From NCBI GenBank assembly GCA_965112155.1, contig OZ218101.1: a DNA stretch of 64,000 nucleotides; one strand, 5' to 3'. Shown in pieces: positions 37,373 through 49,132 of this stretch. Source of the stretch: Podarcis liolepis. Taxonomy: Eukaryota. A program made the translations under genes and the position numbers. The notes beneath the pieces were generated by a model that did not search any database, had not been told where the DNA came from, and was given only the letters and a program-made list of their open reading frames with translations. Positions within the stretch are counted from its first letter, which is position 1; the number at the start of each line of letters is the position of its first letter.

Positions 37373-38549
37373 TATTCTATACTATATTAAAACCATAGAC
37401 AAGAAGAAGCTAACCACTGTGGGACTGTATTATTAATACTCTGTATAACTCAGTCTTCTGTAAGCTACCTATGCTAGTCAGAGAAAGGTCACAGTTAATG
37501 CTCCTAGAATTCATGGTTCTGTAGACAAGAGCTTTTACCTTGAGACACCAACCCTAACATTGTCTCTGAATCTAGATTACATGTCAGACAGACAGCAGTT
37601 TTAGGTGAGCCCTCTTTAGCCATTTTAAATTCTTCACTTCTATGCAAACAGTGCAAACTGAACAGAGGAAGCCATCTTTAGCAGCCAGTGGCCCCTGCAT
37701 AACCCCTTCTGAGTTTGGGTGCTGATGGGGGATGTATGTTCATAGTGCAACAAAGATCAGGTGGAGGCTGAGTTTATCTGAGCCAGGACTTCAATACAAA
37801 AGACTTCAATATGAGGCTGCAAATGGTTAGTGCCATTTGCAATATGGCAGCGGGTGTGCGTAAAAGGCCTGAGACATTTATGCAAATTGCAGCAGCTGTG
37901 TTTACAGTATCCACACAATTCTGTAGTGCCCATGCACACTCTCAGAAGCAGACACATGGGATGTTTCTGGCCCAGGGCATGCGTGCAGGAATCCTTTTTA
38001 CAGAACTGGCCAGTGGCCACAAATCCTAAATGGGTATAGAGTAGGCTGGGAGGCAGACCTATCCTTTGCAGAATTGCTTCATTTAAAGTCCTTTCCCTGT
38101 TATGATGTGTCCTAAATTCTTTTGGGGTCTAATTTCCTACTGAAAGAAATGCAAGAGAGAAGCTAGCATCTTGCGTTTGTTGCAGCCACATCTCAAGTGA
38201 ATGTTAAGGCCTGACAGTCCAACAAAATGACCCACTTCTTGCAGACTCAGACAGAAAGGCTCCGCTTAGGCCCTAGGAAAGTGTCTCTAATAAGGCAATT
38301 CGTTAGTTGTGTCGGCTGCTCCCCTCTCAGCTATCCTTCATTCCTTCTCTCCCTCCCTCAAGCTAGTCATTAATGCAGCAGGAACAGAGGAAAATGAAGC
38401 CGTTGGGTTCGGTATATATTACTGAGCTCTGCGTAGTGTGTATAAGACCATTATTTAGACACCCAAGTCCCCAGTGTGTTTTGATCACACCAGTCCAGCA
38501 GGAAGAGCTGTCTAATGGCTTGGTAGCTGGAATACATGTGTGTGCACGC

Positions 38550-38672
38550 TCTCGCTTCAGGAGTGCCTTTTACCAGCTTCATCAGTTGCTCCATCTGCAC
38601 CCCTTCTTGGAAAATAAGGACACAACTACTGTTTGCTGGCTCTGGTAACTTCTCAGTTTGACTATTGCATGT
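38550..38672 (+). mobile_element. L2 ORF2 fragment
   Basis: SAFYQLHQLLHLHPFLE...ALVTSQFDYC resembles the L2 motif AFYQL....QLRPFL.....VHALVTSRLDYC. Confidence 0.8.
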
Positions 38673-39648
38673 GCCACTGCATATACCCTCCAACAGGTCA
38701 AGGAGAAAATGGGGGGAATACCTTTTCCAGGATGCACTCCCATGTGAGTCCCGTTATCCGTGCAAGAGCACGGCTCCCCAAAATGGGATGTCGTGACAGG
38801 ACAGTTGAGGGATATGCAATTATCTTTGAAGGTGCTCTGTCCAAAATGAAACTGTATGATTTTTAGATAAAAAAACTTCAATAAAATTAGTTTTGGGGCT
38901 CAAAGTTCTATTTTAACCGTTAAAGACCTATGTTGTCATGGTAGGGGCTTCTTTCATATGTAACTCCCTGGGTTCGGAGATCAAGAAACTAGGACTTCTG
39001 GCAGATGCTTCCAGCGTGTCAAGAACTGCTGGCCTCTGTCTAATGATATGAGCCTTGCCGTTGCAGCTTCTCAGTAAAGTGTTAAGGACTGGGGGCCATT
39101 GTCCCATGTGGTTAGCAGTGTCACTGAAAAAACTCAGGGAACTTCCTCCTTCTTGAGCAGTAAAGAGCGTTAGGGGGATTCCTGTCTCGGTGGTGCTTTG
39201 ATTAGACAGCAAAACCTACCTGACCACTTGTGTTGTCATTTCTGGCTCCTGGCTTGTTTGACTGGCCTGCCTTCTGGATTTCCCTTCTGTGCTCTGGGCC
39301 CACAGCCCAGCTCTGACACACAGCCTGACCAAAGATTGGTTTTCAACAAAAATAGGGCTGCTTCTCTGTGGTGCTCCTTTGAATTCCCTCTGTATAGATA
39401 CTTACTCGTTTTGCATGGCTGGTCCTTTCAGAAAGGCTTTCTTATTTAGGTAATATTTTCTCATGTTTTGTTGTTAATTATCTTGCAGTATTTAAATGTT
39501 TTGTTTGTACTGTGTTATTGTCCTCTTATTGATTTCAGAGTCTGTTTAAAAAAGGGGATTTTTTTTAAATAAAGTAAAAGAGAGAGAGAGTGGGGAATAA
39601 ACAAGATGGAAGAAAGCTTTATGCCCATGCTAGAGAAGCAGGACATAT

Positions 39649-40271
39649 TTAAAACGGTAATGATACAATGGGCCAGAGATTTTGGATATAATATACAATT
39701 TGATGACTGGGAAAAATTATGGAAGGAAAACTTAAGATTTACTGCATGTACGGCGTTAAAAGAAAATATCATGAAAATGTTTTATAGATGGTATATTACA
39801 CCGGTAAAATTAGCAAAAATGTATAAAACCTGTAATAAATGTTGGAAATGTAAAGAAAAAGAAGGAATGTTTTATCATATGTGATGGGAATGTAAGAAAG
39901 TGAAGAGCTTCTGGGAGATGATATATAATGAGATGAAAAAAATGTTGAAGTATATATTTGTTAAGAAACCAGAAGCCCTACTTTTAGGCATTACAGGAAA
40001 GGAAATAAGAAGGAAGGATTATAAACTTTTTCAATATGCAGTTACAGCAGCAAGAATTCTACTGGCCCAGAAGTGGAAACAAGAGGAGATACCGACGAAA
40101 GAGCAATGGAGGATGAAATTAACAGACTATGCAGAACTGGACAAGTTAACAGGGAAAGTTAGATATCTTCGAGACCAAAAGTTCATCGAGGACTGGGGGA
40201 AATTTGTGGAATATCTGAAAAGTACATGTGAAGTACAAACAACGCTGGTGGGGTTTAAAGAAGCACTGTAA
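39649..40271 (+). pseudogene. L1 ORF2 C-terminal fragment with a single premature stop
   Basis: Track ORFs 39606-39884 and 39900-40271 are in the same frame, separated by TGA at 39882-39884 (probably TGG>TGA in HMWWEC). Confidence 0.9.
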
Positions 40272-40481
40272 AAACTGAGGTATATTGTTAAATGAAAATG
40301 GATGATTGGAGGGGGGACTTATGGCAATAGAGAACAGAAGAAATGCGTAAGCAAGAGTTAAATATGGATGATTGTCAGAGAAGTTGAAGGAAGTCCAAAA
40401 GTATGGAATTTGTGAAAATTTGGATCAAAATTGTATATTTATGTTAAAAATTAATAAAAAGCATTTTTTTAAAAAAAAAAA
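39649..40481 (+). mobile_element. 5'-truncated L1-clade LINE: ORF2 C-terminus, 3' UTR and poly(A)
   Basis: Frame KENIMKMFYRWYITP...CWKCKEKEGMFYHM*WEC...AARILLAQKWK (CCHC zinc knuckle) ending at 40271. AATAAA at 40453, poly(A) at 40471-40481, 17-bp TSD AGAGAAGCAGGACATAT (39632-39648 / 40482-40498). Confidence 0.95.
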
Positions 40482-41099
40482 AGAGAAGCAGGACATATGT
40501 TATTTAGATAAGCCTTCTCAGTGCTCTCTATATGCTTTGGACTACATCTATCATCCCTGGCCCCCCACCATGTAAGCTGGGCTGCTAAAACAGCTGGAGG
40601 GTAGAAAACTGTAGAAGGCTGGGGGAACCCCGCTTTTTCATATTAGGAAGTGGGGAGAGGTTGGGTGAAGCCAACTCTTTCTCTCAGAGCTCAATTCTAC
40701 CCTAAGGTCCATCAGGTAAGGTCAGGGGGGAGATGTCCTCCTCCTCTTCCTTTGCTCCTGCTGATACTGGAGCACCCTGGCTTTCAGGTCTACAATTCAC
40801 AAGGCCTGTTTTTGTTCATATCTCCCAGAACAAGAAGAGAAAACCCTTGCGTGAAGCAGTTCCATATGACTAAAGGGACGCAGGACTGTGCTGCTGTGGC
40901 CCACCATCACAACCATCTCCCTGGTTCCAGCCCCCAAGGCTCCTTGGAGAGAGCATTTCACAACCAGTACACCACCACTGAGTAGACCCACCATACCTCA
41001 GATGATGAGTCCACCTAGAACAACTATTCTGATAAAGATATCAAAAGAATTAGGGCAGGAAGGACTGGTCTCAGTCTCATTTATCTTCAGGCATAAAGA

Positions 41100-41283
41100 A
41101 AGGGACTGTAGCTCAGTGGAAGAGCATCCGCTTTGCATGCAGTTCAACCTCTGGCATCTCCAGGTGGGACAGTGTAAGAACCCGCCAGAAACCCTGTGGG
41201 GAGCTGCATGTCAATTTCGGCAATACTGAACTACATGGACCAATGATCTAAGTCAGTATAAGGCAGCTTCCTCTATTCCTATG
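41100..41283 (+). mobile_element. tRNA-derived squamate SINE (family of 8449)
   Basis: AGGGACTGTAGCTCAGTGGAAGAGCATCCGCTTTGCATGCAGTTCAACCTCTGGCATCTCCAGG...GGACCAATGATCTAAGTCAGTATAAGGCAGCTTCCTCTATTCCTATG. Confidence 0.85.
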
Positions 41284-41791
41284 TCTGATTTAGCTTCAGG
41301 TGTTACATGCCAAGTTCATGTAAGCAAGTCAATCTGATGCTTCCTGCCTTCACTCTGGCTTTGTCTTGATATATTTTGGGCAAAACAAACAAAAAATATG
41401 GCACCCAGGAGCAAGCAGAAGCACAATTAGTTCATGCTGTTTGCATCCTCGCCCCCCAAGTGCTGTAATTCTTCTCCAGCTTTGTAGCCTAACAGCAGCA
41501 TGATGAGTGGAAGGGCAGAGTTTCAGCTATTTTAGAGGCTGCCCTAGAGATCAACCTAGCATGCACAAACTCACCTTAAAATGTACTATCCAATATTGTC
41601 TTTGCTTTAAGGCACACAATTGGCAGCAATGTAAGTTTTTCTTTTTTCTTTTAATGTCTTAATACATTAAAGAGGGGCAGGCAGGTGTGTTAAGAGTTTG
41701 CAATGTGTGAGGAGAGGAGGCTTAACCCTTACCTTCCCAATAGCAATTCCTCCAATCAAAAATGACCCTCTGTGCTGCAATTAGGCTTTCT

Positions 41792-41812
41792 AACAACAAC
41801 AACAACAACAAC
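41792..41812 (+). repeat. (AAC)7 microsatellite
   Basis: Seen directly. Confidence 0.9.
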
Positions 41813-42289
41813 TTGATACAATGGTACTGCTTTTTAAGCCAAATTTCTGTGTGACTGTGATTTTCATGGTAAGCACAATGTGCAGGAAGCTGCAACACCC
41901 CCTCCCCAAATCATCCCTGTGCCACAATTAGACTTGAAAACATGCTTCCATTAGTACCAGTGAAATATATTTACGGAATATATTAAAAGCCTAATTTCTG
42001 AGCAGGGTATAAGAACGGGGGGAGGGGGGGAGCTGTGGGCTGAATGAGGAAGTCCCACATCCAGCCTGAGGGCCAGATGTTCTCCACCCTGCTTTTAAGT
42101 CTCATTACTCCACACTTTCTTTCTCATAACCATTTTATTTGTTTCCTCTTTGCTTTTGGCTGTGACTGGAAATTAATTTATTCACTTTCCAACTCTAACT
42201 GAATTATACACTTAGTGTATAAGCATTTGAGAGACATTTTCCAAGATTATAAGTCAAATAAAGTTGTGTGGTGCAATGCTCCAGGGAAG

Positions 42290-43145
42290 CATTGAACCAG
42301 TGCTCATGAAGGATGGGGGAAAATTTACCTCACATATCAACGTGAGCTAAGCCGAGGAAAGTGCAGACTGATAAATCCCTTTTATCGGCTGCACTAGCGT
42401 GTGGAGGTGGAGGATTTTTAAAGTCTGGCCATTCTCCTCAGTGTCAAACCCAAGGGCGACATTTGAAATTCTCTGGTGACAGGGAAAGACAGAGACGGAG
42501 AACTGTGGCCATGTGTTATCAACCCAGAGGACATGACTGAAGTAGGAAAGACAAAAGATCAAAATGCCGGTAGAGCTTCCTAAATAATTCAAAGAGAAAC
42601 AAATGCCTCACAAAACTGGTCGAAAACAATGCTAGGCAGAAATGCGTGAAATGGAACTCTGAGACTATCACAGCTTACTGCTTCAAACAGCCCCTGGCAC
42701 TTTCACCACCATCCTTCCACAGTGTGCAATCTCCATCTGGGTGCTGGTACCCAAAAGCTGTTCCAATATTTCTGTGTTGCCCCTTGCACCCAGGCAGCTG
42801 TTCTGCAGGGTTTGGTTTTTTTGCCTCACGAACAGCGGAATTCGGCTTGATTTCCCCTATAGATAACAGAATGATGGAGGCCGACAGCTTTGCAGTGCAG
42901 TTTTATTACAAACTGTTGAAGTGTGTATGCGTACAATGTTTTTCCCCTCCATCCAATCTGTCCCCACTGTGTACACCAGTTATAGCTGGCTCATTTTTCC
43001 AGCTAAATTTGGTTTTCATAATCCTTTGTTCTTGTTAGCCCTGAAAAAAAATATATCAGCAGTTCTCTAGAAAGGGATTTGGAGCTGTACTGCCTGATTA
43101 ATTAACTACAGAATTGTTAATTAAATTCTAGTTATTGATCAAGAA
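42290..43145. promoter_or_regulatory. Candidate conserved non-coding region
   Basis: About 850 bp free of repeats, with GATA, TGACA and SOX-like ACAAT motifs, ATTAATTAA runs and retained CpGs. Confidence 0.4.
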
Positions 43146-43419
43146 GTAGGAAGGAACCCAGCTTGACTCTTAGGGCCAAGCCATACATAATGCAAGAGAT
43201 CTGTTCTTGGATCTCCCACTGTTTTGGAATCTCTCTCTCTCTCTCTCTTTGTCTTTTACTTTGAAACAAGGCTGGGGACTCAAAATATGACTGAGGCAAT
43301 GATAGTAGGGTAGAGAGGAGTGCTTAGCCATCACTTGAAGCTTATAGTAGCTCTTTATGAAGCTGAAGTTGATACACCTTTGCACGTGTGCCCGGCCTGG
43401 CGAAACAACAGTTTGGGAG

Positions 43420-43900
43420 TAGGGATGGGTGAATCTGTCAATTACAGTTTCTCATTTTCCTACTCTTCCATCAGTTCTCCACATTTCCCAATCATTTGTG
43501 ATTAAGATAATAATAATAATTCATGAAAATTCAGAAGGATTTTAGTGTGACTTTCTCCTAATATGCATATATTTGTATGCAACTTTGCCTATGTGAAATT
43601 GCCTATGCATATGTGCAGAGTAATTTCTTCTTATGCAATGCACCTTTGAATGCTACTTTTGTGTACACCTTATCTAAGCATGTGCATTTTTTTTGCATAC
43701 ATGGCAGGATAACTTCATTGCAATATTCAGTGTGAATTTTGATGCGCCCTACATAACAGTGCCACTGTTCAAATCAAGTTTAGAACTCTCTGTGCCTGTT
43801 AGGAATGATGTGTATTTACAAAAGGAGAATCCAATCACATATCCCAAGTTTGGTTTCAGTAACCATGGTAAGTTTAAAACTTTATCTGCTGTATCTTCTT
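43420..43900. mobile_element. Old DNA transposon, TAGGGATG-ended family
   Basis: Starts TAGGGATGGGTGAATCTGTC; interior is reverse-complementary in pattern to 946-1330. Right end is uncertain. Confidence 0.55.
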
Positions 43901-43937
43901 GCAAATTGATCCAGTAATGTTGGAGTCAAAATATGAC

Positions 43938-44428
43938 TCCAAAATGGTCAAAGGCCTGGAAACGATGCCTTATGAGGAACGGCTAAGGGAGCTGGGCATG
44001 TTTAGCCTGGAGAAGAGGAGGTTAAGGGGTGATATGGTAGCCATGTTCAAATATATAAAAGGATGTCACATAGAGGAGGGAGAAAGGTTGTTTTCTGCTG
44101 CTCCAGAGAAGCGGACACGGAGCAATGGATCCAAACTACAAGAAAGAAGATTCCACCTAAACATTAGGAAGAACTTCCTGACAGTAAGAGCTGTTCGACA
44201 GTGGAATTTGCTGCCAAGGAGTGTGGTGGAGTCTCCTTCTTTGGAGGTCTTTAAGCAGAGGCTTGACAACCATATGTCAGGAGTGCTCTGATGGTGTTTC
44301 CTGCTTGGCAGGGGGTTGGACTCGATGGCCCTTGTGGTCTCTTCCAACTCTATGATTCTATGATTCTATGATTCTATGATTCTATGATTCTATGATTCTA
44401 TGATTCTATGATTCTATGATTCTATGAT
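43938..44428 (+). mobile_element. Young 5'-truncated CR1 LINE 3' end
   Basis: Uninterrupted KMVKGLETMPYEERLRELGMFSLEKRRLRGDM...WNLLPRSVVESPSLEVFKQRLD to the stop at 44291, then a CR1 3' UTR and (TCTATGAT)10 at 44349-44428. Possible short TSD ATATGA. Confidence 0.96.
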
Positions 44429-44458
44429 ATGATGAAAAATATGGATCAGACTCAACAG

Positions 44459-44590
44459 CAGGGGTCACCAGAATGATGCATCCTCAGAGAGTGTTGCACT
44501 ACAACTCTCAGGACCATTGGTCATGCCAGCTAAGGCTGATAGAAATTGAAATCCAGCAACATCTGGAGGGCACTACATTGGCTCCCCTTG
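44459..44590. mobile_element. Old hAT MITE (ACTACAACTCCC-type hairpin family)
   Basis: CAGGGG...CCCCTTG ends; flanked by CTCAACAG and CTCTAGA, a degenerate 8-bp TSD. Confidence 0.6.
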
Positions 44591-44597
44591 CTCTAGA

Positions 44598-44735
44598 TAG
44601 CTGTTCTCAACCTGTGGGTCCCCAGATGTGGTTGAACTACAACTCCCATCATCCCTGAGCTCTGGCCTTGCTAGCTAGGGATGATGGGAGTTGTAGTCCA
44701 ACCACATCTGGGGACCCACAGGTTGAGAACCGCTG
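44598..44735. mobile_element. Palindromic hAT MITE with SPIN/URR1-type termini
   Basis: Near-perfect ~58-bp inverted arms. Right end is GACCCACAGGTTGAGAACCGCTG. Flanked by CTCTAGA and CTCTAGAG. Confidence 0.9.
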
Positions 44736-44743
44736 CTCTAGAG

Positions 44744-44994
44744 CATGGGTAGGCAAACTAAGGCCCGGGGGCCGGATCTGGACCAATCGCCTTCTAGATT
44801 CGGCCCATGGACGGTCTGGGAATCAGCGTGTTTTTACATGAGTAGAATGTGTCCTTTTATTTAAAATGTATCTCTGGGTTATTTGTGGGGCATAGGAATC
44901 TGTTCATCCCCCCAAAAAAATATATAGTCCGGCCCCCCACAAGGTCTGAGGGACAGTGGACCGGCCCCCTGCTGAAAAAGTTTGCTGACCCCTG
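44744..44994. mobile_element. hAT-Charlie non-autonomous element
   Basis: TIRs CATGGGTAGGCAAACT / AGTTTGCTGACCCCTG with a perfect 8-bp TSD CTCTAGAG (44736-44743 / 44995-45002). Confidence 0.92.
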
Positions 44995-45234
44995 CTCTAG
45001 AGGTAAAACTAAGAAAGTAGCCAGTTTTTGTGTTTCTTATTTCTTTTGCTATTACCCAGAGTCTCTGTGCCCTGACTTAGAAACTCACCAGGCAGCTCTG
45101 ATATGTGCCTCCATATTTAAACATTATATAGGCATATGTCACCTGGGTGGGAAAATGCCTTTACTGAAAAACAAAAGAAGGAGCAGCACAAGTAGGAATG
45201 AAATATATGGCCTGGGTCCCAAGATCAGTGAACA

Positions 45235-45235
<1 letters not shown>

Positions 45236-45266
<31 letters not shown>
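45236..45266 (+). repeat. (AC)n microsatellite
   Basis: Seen directly. Confidence 0.95.
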
Positions 45267-45270
<4 letters not shown>

Positions 45271-46124
45271 AAATGTGTCGGCTGGGCAACCACACATAGC
45301 ACCACAGATATCAGGAGTGGCTGTGCATTCACATCTACAATGAAGAAAGAATAACTAAGCACACAGTCATCTATTCTGTGTGTGAGTCCCTGGGCCAACA
45401 TTGCATAGACTGTGCTGACATACCACTGGCCATACAGCCTAGTAAATCTTCTTTCCCAACTGTGTAGGATCCACTTGGTTTGTCCACACCAGCTAACCCA
45501 GGAGGGTCACCCAGATATTGTTGTTCTTGAGCTCCTATCAGACCCAGCCAGTATTGTGAATAATAGCACTGATGGGAGTTGAAGTCCAGCAACAACTGAA
45601 GGACGCTATGTTTGCTGTCCCTGAGCTAATTTATGGACAAGGAAGTCAATTCTGTAGCTTTCACCCAGAATGCAATGTAATTCACACTCCCCCCCAAGCC
45701 CTATTTACCCTGCCACATGGCTGGACCAGGGCAATTACAATGCAATTTGGACATTAAAGCAATGGAGGTCACTCAGACCCTATCCTGCTCCCCAATCTAT
45801 TTCCTTCCCCGTCAGGTGCAGCTCTCTATTATGTGACGGCATGCATTGGAGGAGAGAATGCTTGGTCTCTGCAGGCTTCCCTATTGCGCAATCTGATAGA
45901 AAAAAATATTTCTTCCTTTTATCAGCAATGAGGCTGAGGAAAAAAGGGCAGCAGGAAAATAGCATTTATTTTAACCCTTCTGATAAGAAAAAGAAAACCT
46001 CAGCCCATCTGGAAGTTTCTGCTTCTCTTTCTTTCAGATGCACAGCCAAGAACATCTTAAGGTCAGGCTGTAAATCATGTAAAACATCTTTATCTACTCA
46101 AAACTGTTCTGCTCCTTTATTCCT

Positions 46125-46166
46125 ACACACACCACACACACACACGCACACACACACACACACACA
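46125..46166 (+). repeat. Interrupted (AC)n microsatellite
   Basis: Seen directly. Confidence 0.9.
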
Positions 46167-49132
46167 CCAAGGACTTTTTGAGATCATCAAATTCCAACAC
46201 TCACGGAAGGTGGAGAGGCGGGTATTTTTATAGCCACATCACAACACATTCAGATTAGGTGATCTACAAGCAAGACAGCCAAAGGACCAAAATGTTGCAA
46301 AACTGGAAACTGCCAAAACTCATGCCTCTGGATCTCTTGCTGTTCTTGACATGCACATCTCATATTCATTAAAAGGTTGGGGCACAGGCCCCAAAGAAGA
46401 CCATGTGTGCTAGTGGCACGTGACCTTCATTTTCCTACTTCTATTGATTTGTATCCATCATTGCCTGTAAGCATATTTTGATATTCCATTTTGCTGACTT
46501 GCTGTCACCTCTGCCAAAACAGCAGGCAAACAAAGTAAAAACAAGAACACAGGTGGTTTGACGCAGATTTGAGGTTCACTGGCTGGTTAAGCTTGATAAC
46601 AGCCACATTACAGATGGGAGAATTAGACAATAGCTGTCCATGGAAGTGAGGGTGAGTTTGTGTGTATAGTTCAGAGTGCCGAGCTGCCCAATCCAAGCCA
46701 ATTGTTGTTGCAGCTATTCTCCCACCGCTCAGCTGAGGCATAAGAACATTGCTATGTTCCTTGTTATAACACCACTAGGCTTCTGTTTAACAACTCCTTA
46801 CTATGGGGTCAGTTACATGTCTAACTTTCCTATAATTCACTGATTACATGGAACATGGTCACATGATGTGTGGTTTTTTATATTGTAATTTTATGATGTG
46901 AACTGCCCTGAGATCTACGGGTATATGGCAGTATACAAATTTAAAAAATAAAAATAAAAAGTATAAAGGGTCTATTTTGCTTTCAGTTCCCCATTCAAAA
47001 TGCACACGAGTTGTTTTCCCAAGGCTTGTTTAAAGCATAGTAGCTGCCCACCCGAAGCCCTTTCCAAGACTCTATTTCACCTCAAACTACCAAATGTTGA
47101 AAAAGGAAGTAGGGAAATGTCTTCACGGGAATCAGAAAATTAGTTGTGTGGATTTTACTTAAGCTGCAGCCTCTTTGTGTCCAGCCACATATGGAAAGAT
47201 ATTGTAGCAGTGATAATACACAGTGATAGATCTTCACATCTGCTGAAGCAGCTTGAGACCAACAACTTTTTAAAAAGGTTTCATGGTATGACTGTAAAAG
47301 TGCCAGAGCTTTGCTTTATATTTTATATCATCATATCTTGCTCAGCTGCAACTTTTAGCATGATAGCTTTATAATAATGAAATGACCACAGGATCATTTT
47401 GCTCTGTAACTTGACATGTGCTAATGACACATCTGGGTGTCCTCAATTTGGCTTTATGATGCATGTCCATATTTTGTCAAAGCACACACATTCCATTGCA
47501 ACATCATGCACATATATGGCCACCAAGGCTGTGCAATGGATTATGCTATGCATACCAGCCCCATCCCATTCAGCTTCTAAAGCACTCTTAACTGCTGGCA
47601 ATGTTTCTTTGCTGTCTTGGTTGTGGTGAGTTCAGTGGTTCAAACCGTTCAAAGGCAAATAGAGAGTATTTCTTAGTTGGGCTGACGTGTCCTCAGCATC
47701 TTGGAAACCATAAAGGGCTGCAAGTCTTCATTTACTGCATGTATAAAGTCATGCATGGATTGTGACACATATTCACAAATGCACACAAACTTTGTGTGCA
47801 TTTCAAGGAGATAAATAAGCCTTCCAAGAACATATGTGTCACTGAAGGACAAGACAGCCCAGGACTCTCGTTGAACTGACCTACTTTTACATTCTGTCCT
47901 TGGCTCAGATGAGGAGGCAGAAGGACAGGAGGGATGTCAATAGACTCTGTCAATAAACCAAAGCAAGAATCCCGGCTGCTCTCATCTAACACAGTTTAAT
48001 TTTTAATCCTGCAAAGCAGCAACAAGGACATGGGCGGCAGCAATCCGACAGCAGAGCAAATTGGTCAGGACAGAGTGGATTGATCTATCTGGGAGAAATG
48101 AAGACACAGCAGAAACTCTGTTTTATGAGTGGGGATGGCTTTTGGCCTCTCTTACACTTGGCCAAGAAAGACAGGAGTATAACAGCAGCAAGGACATATT
48201 GTGAATCAAGCCAAGCATCCTAGTGCCAGATCCCTACCTACAGATTAGTTGTCTGAAATGACTGTCTGTGCAGACAAGCACAGTCACCCAGCATATCTTA
48301 AGAGTATACTACTAGAACTGTATTCATAAGGCAAAAAGCCACCACATGACTGCTCTTGGTTGTTGCTTTTTTCCTAGGCTTTCCCCCTTCAATGTCTTCT
48401 GCTTCCTTTTTTCCATAGTACTAGCCGGCCTGATGACTCTGTCCTCCATATATGCAAATCCAAGGCACATCTTGGTTTCATTTCAAAAACTCATATTTAA
48501 CAGCAGGAATAAAAATAACAGAATGTCCTACCTTACGTTTGCATTTGTGCAAAAGCATTTACCCAGGGCCTATCTTGTACAAAGCACTGAACAGAGCACA
48601 GAAGTAGCTTAAGTGCAATCACATGTAGAATAAGGGGAAGGGCTTACAGGTCACTGAGCATGACTCTCAGACACACCTGATAGTCTTCATTTTAGAAATA
48701 ATAAATCCAGGTAACTTATTAAGTGTGCATATAAACCTGCTGCCACTGTCATTACTGGCTCTCTTTAATGAGGTTCTCATTAAGTCGTTTCAGCTTTGGA
48801 ACACAGCATCCCACCTCCATTGGGATGCAATGATTTGTTCCTTCCTGTAATGCAAAATTAGAAGCTAAAGAAGTAGTTTCCATGTCTTGGAAAATGGAAT
48901 GTTGGGAGTCACATACAGGACCCTCAAAGGTATTGGTTAAACAAATCCTGGCTACACTTTAACTCACTTTCACTCACTAAAACACTCACTTATCAAAATA
49001 ATACAAGGATTTTCCTGCAGATTTCTGAAAGATATTTCATTTCACAAGCATAGCGACATGAATTTTTGGTTCATAATCATTTAGAACATCATGCAGGTGA
49101 TTCCTTGCCACCTCAGGCATGAAGTCTGCAGC

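Noticed and set aside
43899-44291. 130-aa ORF as a host gene
   Set aside because: It is the C-terminus of CR1 ORF2; the first residues come from flanking DNA.
44349-44428. Regular repeat array (CRISPR-like or satellite)
   Set aside because: It has no spacers, it is the CR1 octamer tail, and the DNA is eukaryotic.
44849-46233. ORFs of 164 and 187 aa
   Set aside because: They run through MITE and (AC)n sequence (HTHT runs) with no recognisable homology.
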